From: Dimorphilus gyrociliatus
Taxonomy: Eukaryota > Animalia > Annelida
Direction of reading: 5' to 3'
Length of the DNA stretch: 64,000 nt
NCBI GenBank assembly: GCA_904063045.1
Contig: CAJFCJ010000013.1
Coordinates: 540,156 to 604,155 of the forward strand
The stretch's first letter is position 1, and each line of letters begins with the position of its first letter. The position numbers and the translations under genes were made by a program. The notes below the pieces were generated by a model. That model searched no databases and was not told where the DNA came from. It saw only the letters and a program-made list of their open reading frames with translations. Below, in pieces: positions 35,891 to 45,991 of this stretch.

Positions 35891-36170
35891 ATAGGGATGG
35901 CCAAAATTAATTATATCCACCTCTGATCCAACTTTTGAAAAACTCTTAATCGCCATTATTGCAAATTATCGTCAGTAAAATATCTGATGTGAAAATTCAA
36001 TTCTCCGTACTTCCTACAAAAGATGGGAATAATAGAACATCTGAATGGACTTGTAAAAACACTACTATCTACATCTTGATTCAAACCAAATTCCCAATGT
36101 ACCTCGGGATCTATTTGACTCACGGCCTCAGGTATTGAAAGCAACATGAAAAAAGACCTATACGCCTTAC
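35891..36170 (-). mobile_element. Tc1-like relic sharing its end and flank with the 10500-10970 copy
   Basis: 35856-35945 is the near reverse complement of 10918-11004, including TAGGGATGGCCAAAATTAA and about 35 bp beyond it. Confidence 0.65.
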
Positions 36171-36985
36171 AATCAATGATTTATGCGAACCAATGGAAGT
36201 GTCACCAGTCAATTTCAATAAATTACTGAAATTACGATGAAGAATGATAAATATGATCCAGCAACGGTTGCGGAAGAACGTTAATAATTGAATAAGAGGT
36301 CTTGTATTAAATTATTCAGCGTCGTTCAAAAACGAAGCAAATGGTAGAAATACCAGCATAGACAAAACATACGAATAGACGATATAATACTATATCCAGA
36401 CCAACAGGCTATGAACAGATTCAAATTTGGATACATAATCCGACAGATATTCGAAAAAGCCTAAAAAATATTTACTGTGTATAGCAGAGTCCAAAAGGAC
36501 GCTAAAAATACAATATATTTTCTCTTGGGAAAATCTCCATTCGTTCCTTCTCCCCGGGTCGTTGACCATAACACATTATAACGGCCCCAATGATTCCGAT
36601 ATTTTAATCATTACATTATTTTAATCTTTAACTTTACGTTTCTGATATTTGAAAATGTCGCTTTCCCTCTAATTTCATTCATTAAAAAAGGTAACTACAC
36701 CCATTCAGTTTCATTTATTACGTCAATCGATAACATATATATAGACCATGTACCTTATATACTAATATAATTTATATATACAGTATATGCAATATATATT
36801 CTGTCTGCATGGGTGAAGAATACTATATTGATTATATTCTCTCTGTTTAATTCGGTGAAAACACGTTTGTTAAACCATTTTTAATGTTGACAACATTTTC
36901 TAAACGAAGAGAAAAAAGTGAAAGAGAAACGGAAAGGAAAAAGAGAAAATATGATTTACGAGAATGAAGAAGAAAAAAAGAAAAA

Positions 36986-37103
36986 GAATACGGCACCCAG
37001 TGTTCCCAGGCGGTCTCCCATCCAAGTACTGACTGGGCCGTACGTCATTTAACTTCGGTGATCGGACGAGAACCGGTGCTTGTAACGTCGTATGGCCGTA
37101 TAC
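36986..37103 (-). rRNA. 5S rRNA copy 9
   Basis: Same unit on the minus strand. Confidence 0.97.
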
Positions 37104-37539
37104 AACAGACTGCTTAACTATGCCCTATTTATACCATTCCTAGTTTTAACATGATTCTATTCAAGTCGTGACCTGTGGCCATACCAACCCGGCCAACAAA
37201 CATAATTGGTTATTACTTCAACTATCTTGATGACGAATGATGGTAGTTTTAAAAAAATGGTTACATTTGATTATCATTATGATGTGGACCATTGTAAGTG
37301 AGTCCTATTATGGAGCGGTTTATGCAGATGGAGATATTTACTGTTTCTTTAAAAGCTGCAGAAGAAACTCAAATGATGGAAGACGAAGATTAAATCTCAA
37401 TGCATGATTCGTCGTGAACATGGAAGTTACGTTTTCCATTATTATTTAATGATTTTATTCTAAAAAGAGTGAACTTTTTTTGGAATGTTTAGTAATATAG
37501 TACATGTCGTATAAATAGCGCAAATCTAAGTAGACTATT

Positions 37540-37657
37540 GTATACGGCCATACGACGTTACAAGCACCGGTTCTCGTCCGATCACCGAAGTTAAATGACG
37601 TACGGCCCAGTCAGTACTTGGATGGGAGACCGCCTGGGAACACTGGGTGCCGTATTC
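37540..37657 (+). rRNA. 5S rRNA copy 10
   Basis: Same unit; TATAAATAG at 37510. Confidence 0.97.
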
Positions 37658-38194
37658 TTTTTTCCCTTTTTTTCTTCTTTAATCCTTCTTCTATGTTCTT
37701 CTCTCAGCTTTTTTCGTCGTTTCCAATCCTCTGTTCAGCAAAGCATTAGACATTTTTGGAGGAGAAGAGAAATTACTGTTAAGTGAATACTTGAAGGAGA
37801 GTCTTCTTTCGATTTGTCCTCTTGTACACTTTTTGGCTTTTTCTCAAACATATTTCTCTTTGAACAAAAAGAGTTTGAATCTCTGAAATATTCAGTAAAG
37901 AAATCATAACTCCGATCCCATTTAATAAAAATGTTACCGTCCTCTATACAATCAGAACAACGCAAGTATTTACGTGATGCTGTCTGGTGCAAAATCGTTT
38001 TCTCGACGAGTACAAATCTGCTCTTCCATTTTGTAGATTATTGCTCATGAATTTATTAAATGAGACTTTCAGTTTGACAGAGATATTCCTCGAAGCAACA
38101 TCATTGAAAAAAGTGATAGGGGAAACGGAAAGGAAAAAGCGATGAACGTAGGAGATTTGATATATGAGTTTGAGGGAGAAAAAAAGAGAAAAAA

Positions 38195-38312
38195 GAATAC
38201 GGCACCCAGTGTTCCCAGGCGGTCTCCCATCCAAGTACTGACTGGGCCGTACGTCATTTAACTTCGGTGATCGGACGAGAACCGGTGCTTGTAACGTCGT
38301 ATGGCCGTATAC
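38195..38312 (-). rRNA. 5S rRNA copy 11
   Basis: Same unit on the minus strand. Confidence 0.97.
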
Positions 38313-39329
38313 AACAGTCTGCTTAACTATGCGCTATTTATACAACACCTATATCTAACCTTTTTTCTTCATGTTTTTTCAGAACATTGACACAATAAAT
38401 AATAGCAGAGTGTCCTTTCTATCACTGACGTATAAAGGTATTTTTTTTAATTTTAACTACTTGCAATTGTTATATTAGAAAGTATTGACAAACCAATTCT
38501 ACTGCCTTTTTGCAACGTAACATATTTTCCTTATCTAGTTAGTATTATAAAAATTTTCATTTTTACTAAAGAAAAATTGCTCTCTTATTGAGTGATCTGT
38601 TGAGTACTAAATAGTGTCAAAAAGAGGCTTTTTAAGACAAGAACGTAAGCATTTCTTACGTACAATTAAGAAAATATAATCAAGAATTTAAGAGTGGCTT
38701 TTAATTTGCTTGGCTTAGTGTTGGAATGTCTTTTTCTTATTCTATTGTCAACCCACACATCTTTGCGACTCTATAGGAATTCCTCGATGATATTCCAATT
38801 CTTTTCTATCTTTTTCCTCGTCACATCTTCAAAAAAATACGGATATCGTTCTTAACGAAATAGTTGATGATGGTGATAAGTCGTATGATGTTTCTCCTTG
38901 TGTAAATAGAAAAATAACAGTCCTGATAATGCAATCCCTGCACATTTTAATATAGACGATATTTGTCGAGCATAGGGTTACACTTTCGGCAGTTTCCCTT
39001 AGTCTGGAAGAGTAATATATATATTCATAAGAAAAAGAGTGTAATATTTTTGTGGTAGATCTCAAATGGCTTATAGTTGTTTGTTTGTTGAGCTTCAATA
39101 GTTGGATACGAGCCGGGATTGTCAATAGTTTGACAGGCATTGGATTCGTAAAGACAACGTAATGACTAGAAGAGAGCAGAAGGAAAAAAAATGTTATGAA
39201 AAATGAAATGAAAATCATCATTGGTTGAACGGATTAAGTTTATGAGTTTTGTACTGAAATCTAGAATAACATTTTTGAGAGGCAAAGAGGACGAAATTAG
39301 AAAGAAAACAGTCGAAAAAAAGATAAAAA

Positions 39330-39447
39330 GAATACGGCACCCAGTGTTCCCAGGCGGTCTCCCATCCAAGTACTGACTGGGCCGTACGTCATTTAACTTC
39401 GGTGATCGGACGAGAACCGGTGCTTGTAACGTCGTATGGCCGTATAC
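39330..39447 (-). rRNA. 5S rRNA copy 12
   Basis: Same unit on the minus strand. Confidence 0.97.
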
Positions 39448-39943
39448 AATTGACTACTTAACTATGCGCTATTTATACAGCACCTATATCTAACCTTTTT
39501 TCTTCATATTCTTAAAAGAATATCGACTTCGTTAAAATACTCAAAAAAGCCGAAAAATGACTTAAAAACTAAAGATGGTATTACTACGCTCTAAAAAAGG
39601 CGCATTCTTTGAGGGAACTTTTATTGACGTCCAACAATATCTTTCACCTTAGTTATCAATCAGATATTACTCTTTTTCTTTCCATAAAAACGACGGAAAG
39701 AAATGTATATAATACAAATCTTTCGCTTGATATCGTTATCACATAGATCGATAAGTTGGAGAAAATCGAGTGAAGTTGGAGTGAGTAAAAGTTTTTTCAG
39801 ATATGAACGATTGCCTTGATTTGGCTGACAGATATGTTTTCGTTCTTTTATTTAAAGAACATATTACTGAAATATTCATGTTTTTCAAATAATTTTGATA
39901 AAGGTACACTTAGTATAAATAGCGGAAAGTTAAGCAGTCAATT

Positions 39944-40061
39944 GTATACGGCCATACGACGTTACAAGCACCGGTTCTCGTCCGATCACCGAAGTTAAAT
40001 GACGTACGGCCCAGTCAGTACTTGGATGGGAGACCGCCTGGGAACACTGGGTGCCGTATTC
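39944..40061 (+). rRNA. 5S rRNA copy 13
   Basis: Same unit; TATAAATAG at 39914. Confidence 0.97.
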
Positions 40062-40682
40062 TTTTTATCTTTTTTTCTTCTCTTTGTTCCTCGTAACGTA
40101 GTTTTCATAACTAGAAAGTTTTTCTTTTGCCTAAAGTAAAAACCTAAAATATGACAAATGTTATTTCGCAGAGCGTAAACGTGTTATGGTCTGTTTTGTT
40201 TCACTTTCTTTGTGACTGTAAGGTTTTTTTTGCGATAATTTTCTGTATTTCAGCGATTTTTAAATCGTTTACTAAGTGACATTTTCGCGATGTGAAAGTT
40301 TCTGTTTTCCATGATAAGGCCCTTGATTAATTCAAAGGTTAAAAAGCAAGGTTGATTCATTTTGAACGATAATCACTACCGTTTAAGCTTAAACAATTGG
40401 CTTAAGATGACTTACCTCTATTTATACGTAATACATTTAAAATTGTGATTAGTACAATCGACAATGAAGAAGAGAAAATATGTTCTCCTGGAATGTTAAT
40501 GTTACGCACATAGTTGAACTTTTTAGAGAAATTTGGGACTCTGTATAGTTAAATATAATTTTCACTCGATCTTCAATATTTCTCTCTTCCTGTCATTTGC
40601 GTTTCTAGAAATTCTCATAAAACGGGTGAATGTGTTAAGAGAAGAATCTACGTTTAAATAGGGCATAGTTAAGCAGTCTGTT

Positions 40683-40800
40683 GTATACGGCCATACGACG
40701 TTACAAGCACCGGTTCTCGTCCGATCACCGAAGTTAAATGACGTACGGCCCAGTCAGTACTTGGATGGGAGACCGCCTGGGAACACTGGGTGCCGTATTC
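40683..40800 (+). rRNA. 5S rRNA copy 14
   Basis: Same unit; TTTAAATAG at 40653. Confidence 0.97.
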
Positions 40801-41115
40801 TTTTTTTCTTTTTTTTTCTTCCCCAAACTCATATATCAAATATCCGCTTCTTACTTTTTCCTGTTTGGGCTTGGCCTGATTTTTTCTCCGTTAAGAAAGT
40901 GGTGTGTTTAATTCTACAGACAAAAGAAGGCGTTACCCTTAATAGATAAACGCATAAAAAAATGTTTGTTGGATTGCTTTTTTACTGATGCTAAAAAATA
41001 ATTTTTGACACTGTTTAAAGAAAAGAGTTTTTTTTAGTTATATTGCTCACTCGTTTGAAATAAACGACCATTTTTGATTGGTTTTTTGATCTATTTGGTT
41101 GAAAGAATTGAAATT

Positions 41116-41694
41116 ATGGCGCGTAGCGGTGGAAACACTAACGAAATGCCAAGTGAAAATAAATTGGACGTTTTGTACCGAATGCTACAAAATCCTAAGA
41201 CGTCACCAGCCTCCATAGCTTATCATTTTTCGGAAATATGGAACAGCAGATATGAAGTGTGGGCAGACCTTGCCATTAGAGAGTTGAAACATTTCCTCAA
41301 TGGGTCAGCTTTACCCGTCAAGAGGAACCATTCAATAGCGAACAATTCAGGAGAGGACGAAGCTGTATATACAACTTTAACGGATGCCTATGTAGCCGAC
41401 AGTACGGGCTATCGTTTTCCTTCTCCAGTTGACCGTCTAGCTCATTCTCTAGGTCTAACTCAAAGCCATTTTTTAAATGTTCCCTTTCCTCCGGCTTTGA
41501 TTCAGAGTCGAAACGAGCTTATAGACCTTTCCAATACTTCTGCTGAAGAAACAGCTTCAATTTCACTTATAGGAGGTAGACTATACAGCACGGAGGCGTG
41601 TAAAGTGCTGAGTCAAACTATTTCATTTTTCGAGGATAGGGAAAAGGATAGAATGCTGCTGAATAGGAATAATTGTCGTAATTATATACCTTAA
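41116..41694 (+). CDS. Intronless orphan ORF (192 aa) inside the right 5S cluster
   Basis: 579-bp open frame, more GC-rich than its flanks, starting MARSGGNTNEMPSENKL; no recognised domain. Confidence 0.5.
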   Translation: MARSGGNTNEMPSENKLDVLYRMLQNPKTSPASIAYHFSEIWNSRYEVWADLAIRELKHFLNGSALPVKRNHSIANNSGEDEAVYTTLTDAYVADSTGYRFPSPVDRLAHSLGLTQSHFLNVPFPPALIQSRNELIDLSNTSAEETASISLIGGRLYSTEACKVLSQTISFFEDREKDRMLLNRNNCRNYIP

Positions 41695-42113
41695 AAAGAA
41701 AAATAGGCTGATGGAACGTTAAAAGTTTTTTTTTTGTTCTGTTATGTCTATTGTAACGACGATAGTTGAAAAAAAAATCTGATTAGCTGAATTGTGAATT
41801 TGTTTTTTTTTCTTAAAAAGAATAAAACAAGAAGGAAACACAAAGCTTTTAAAAAATGGATGAATAATATACTAATTAATTTTCCACTCGAAAATAAGAC
41901 GCGAAGTGTTTATCTTGAATTATGAATTATTTCTTTATTGCTAAGTTCTCTTGTAGGAATTTAGACGTTCGAATAGAAAAATATTAATTTTGTGGACTAA
42001 ACATTTGCGCCACTTTCGTATCGATAGGAAAAGGTGGTTTTTTTTCCTTGTTATAAGCAGTAGATGCAATTGCAAAATTTTGGTATAAATAGCGCATAGT
42101 TAAGTAGTCAATT

Positions 42114-42231
42114 GTATACGGCCATACGACGTTACAAGCACCGGTTCTCGTCCGATCACCGAAGTTAAATGACGTACGGCCCAGTCAGTACTTGGATGGG
42201 AGACCGCCTGGGAACACTGGGTGCCGTATTC
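42114..42231 (+). rRNA. 5S rRNA copy 15
   Basis: Same unit; TATAAATAG at 42084. Confidence 0.97.
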
Positions 42232-44013
42232 TTTTTTCTCTTTTTTTCTTCTTTAATCCTTCTTCTATGTTCTTCTCTCATCTTTTTTCGTCTTTTCCAA
42301 TTCCCTATCCGTCAAAGCATTAGACATTTTTGGAGGAGAAGAGAAATTACTGTTAAAAGAATACTTGAAGGACAGTCTTTCGATTATTCCATGTCGTAAA
42401 TACAGATTTTTTTTATCTCGATCGATTACAGTAATTTGTTGCTAACCTACGAACGCGGTTAACACATAGAAGGTGACAGATTCTCTCACGGCATAGTACC
42501 TTCAAAAATGTTTATGGTGAGTATATCGCACTCTTAGTTATTGCAAAAGTTGATGGCAAACTTGAATATATTCTCGTAATTAATTTTAATGGGCGGATTA
42601 AGTAGTTGGAGGGGGAAGCTTTTAAAAAGTGGAGTTAATATCGTATAAATTACCATCTTTATTGTTTCTTTTTTTTCTATACTCCTATTATCTATTTCGT
42701 ACAATTATGAACGTTAAACAATAAAGGAATAGAATCTAGATCACGTAACAGTTATTTACTTGGAAGGAAATCTTATAAAAGGAAAGAAGTATTTTACGAA
42801 AACAATTGTTTTTTGTTTATTATTATTATAGAAATGAAAGATGGATGAGAGTCGTATGATAATTTAATATGAATATTTTCCTTATACCTTACCAATTGAA
42901 AATCAATATTGTTTCTTATTTATAATTGACTCATTCCAACTTCTTTCAAAATTTAACAGGGTCTTTAAAAGTCAATAAGTTTTAATGATAAAAAGTTGCA
43001 ATTCTTAAAAACGGAAATAGTAATGAAAATTAAGAAGAAGAGAAACCTATAAATATTTTAAATAGTTACAAAAGGTTTTTTTTTCTTTTTTATATTAAAA
43101 TTGAGTCAGCTTCTTTGTTGTTTTAGAAAAGCATCATTTCCACGAAAGAGGAGAATAATAGAGTTTTCGCTCGTTAAATATTTTAAAAATATTACTCGAA
43201 AAGTAATAAAAAGAAACAAAGAGCTGATGACGTCAATAGTTTTTTTCAATAATAGCTAACGGTTTAATTATAATGCAAGTATAGAAAATGATGATAACTT
43301 TATTATAAAAGAAACCTTAAAGGCTAGAGAAAAGGTAGTGTCAATGACTTTTTTGAAAGAAATTCAATAAAACTGCTTAATACAAATAGAACCAATCGAT
43401 TAATGATTATTTATGCCGAGTTGTTGTTGTTGTTGTTTTTCATTAATCTAAAGAGAGAAGTAGAAAGGAATAATTCAAAAAGAGTTTTCCTATACTTTAC
43501 AAGTGAAGCAAGTAGTTAATTTATTCATATCCTTTATTGGTCGAAAAACAATCCCTTCCTTAATTGCGAGATTGACTGGCAAAATATTGAAAATCGACCT
43601 TTTAATTACTTAAATTAGAAATAATATCGTTAAGAAGAACGGTGCAATAGTTCAATATTTTCATCATTTTTTTTTATATCAGATTTTCATCCAATTCCAG
43701 TTAAGTATGCTTAGAGTTTTCTATAGGTCCAATAGCAGACATCAGCAAATTGTTAGCGTATTCATTAATCTTATTGTCATATTTGCCGTTGTATTGAAAT
43801 TTTATTCGATAAATTTTCTTTATTATGACTTTTTAATTATTAACAACTTATTATTAAGGAAAAACGCTTATATTCATGGATTATGCGTAGTATTCTATAA
43901 AGTAGACATTCTAAGCAATAGAATTACAATGTTTTCCTTAGATTTATCAACTATTTCCCTATTTAGCCAAGTGCCCATTTTCGTTTAAATAGCACAAAGT
44001 TAAGTAGTCAATT

Positions 44014-44131
44014 GTATACGGCCATACGACGTTACAAGCACCGGTTCTCGTCCGATCACCGAAGTTAAATGACGTACGGCCCAGTCAGTACTTGGATGGG
44101 AGACCGCCTGGGAACACTGGGTGCCGTATTC
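44014..44131 (+). rRNA. 5S rRNA copy 16
   Basis: Same unit; TTTAAATAG at 43984; long T-run terminator. Confidence 0.97.
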
Positions 44132-44662
44132 TTTTTCTCTTTTTTTTTTTCTTTTTCTTCCCTTTTTTTATCCCTTTTAATTCTTCATTTATTCGATTAG
44201 GAATTGAATATATTTTATTTGTTATAATTAAAGTTAAATAGTTTTTGTTCTATTTTCTATTTAAAGTTATTTTATCGCTACTTTCTTGGGTGAATGAGAG
44301 GATTATTTTGCAGTATTGAAGGGATCTTTTGATAATTTTTAGTTTAGTTTAAAGTTGCAGCATTAATTTTACGTTATTTTCGTCTTTTTAAAAGAAATCA
44401 AGAGTTATTTGTTGTCGATGTATAAAAAACACGAAACGAAAAGTATTCAACTCTGTTGGCTGTCCTCCTTAAGTCATGTGATAGCTGTTTTTTTTTTACC
44501 TAAAATGTCTTAACTCCTTCTAAAGTATCAATATCCGGATTCATTTAAAGTTGTAGATATGATTACTAAATTATCGTTTGTTTAGGTCTGTTATAGTAAT
44601 TTTTTTTTTAGATATTGACCATTTACTTGTTTTTGAGCGATGATAAGTGAAGATCTTTAAGT

Positions 44663-45775
44663 ATGTCTGATACTCATCTCATAGCATCGGATGATTCTAT
44701 AACATCCGTAGACATTGGGTATACATTCAGATCTATCAGAACGATTCCTGCAACTGTCATAATTATTATTCTAACCGTAAGATAAAAGATTTTACAAATT
44801 ATATCTTAGAAACAGACAACTTTGTTTTTTCAGATTTTAAGCGAAGTTGCCGTTTTTGTCACTCCTGTACTGTGTACAGGGACCAATTGCAATTTAAATG
44901 CATTCTCAATCCTATTATACGGACATTTGGTGCTTTGGCTTTTATTTCTACTTTTCGATTGCCTTATTAGCTTTCTTCATAAGAGACATAGGAAAGCTGG
45001 ATATTTATTATTTTATAGACAGTCTCGTATGACCCGTCGCCTCCCCTTAGTCATAATAACAATGGGTATTGTATCAAATAATTAATAATTAAGAAATACG
45101 TAAATTATGATAGTAAAAGAAAAATATTATTCATTTTTAGGTTGTGTTATACTTTTATTGACCGTTCAATTGATGATTGACAAATGCAACTATTCGAAAG
45201 AGGAAGATAATAAGTGCGGTTTTTTCAAGAATTATCATTTCATTCAAGGAATATTTAGCGTTGAAACAATTCTAATTCTTCCTTCATTGTGCATTTATAC
45301 ACGTTAGTTATATAATAATAATAACAACAGCAATAATTCTATTAATATCTTCCCTAGATTTTTGTCTGCAATTTAATCGAAAAAAATTATTGCCCGATGC
45401 TCAAGAGGAACAGCTTTTGCCATCCTACTTACAAGAGGAAGCTCGTAATCAAGAGAATATTGGCATTTTGTAAATTAACCTAATTCAAACATAAAAAGTT
45501 TATTAATTTTTCTATTCATATCCATTTTCTTTTTATCATGCAGAGATCACTATTCTGATAGTATTCTTGAGCGACAATGCGATATGATACGTTATTTAAG
45601 AAGGCACAATGAAAAATTGTCCAAGCGAATTATCGAGTTAGATACGTTTGTTCGATCTTTCAGGTATTTATATAATACTTATAAATATAAAAAAAAAACA
45701 TTCTATTTATAATTAGCGTATTAGAAAAACAGAAAAGCTATTAATATCTTTTTCTGCAGAAACTCTCCCTCGTAG
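44663..45775 (+). CDS. TMEM192: Transmembrane protein 192-like (lysosomal membrane protein), multi-exon
   Basis: Spliced translation has several hydrophobic helices, HKRHRKAGYLLFYRQSRMTRRLP, FNRKKLLPDAQEE and ILERQCDMIRYLRRHNEKLSKRI, matching the TMEM192 loop and C-terminal motifs as recalled. The start and last mini-exon are inferred. Confidence 0.85.
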
Positions 45776-45991
45776 AATTTGAACTTTTAAAAAGAGATTT
45801 CTTCTTTTATCAATAGGATTTGCAACAGGAACAAAGGACTTGAACTATAATAAACTTGGATTTTTATCTTTCAGTTAATACCTTTCAAGTTTCGCTTGTA
45901 AACTGACGATTTTTTTATCTATATACCTCTTTTTTTTATTTTAAATATAACAGTCAATGACATTTTAGACTATAGTCTGTCAAAAAGTTAA

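Noticed and set aside
37177-37190. GGCCATACCAACCC resembling the start of a canonical-type 5S
   Set aside because: Only about 10 nt match, with no downstream 5S elements; compatible with chance.
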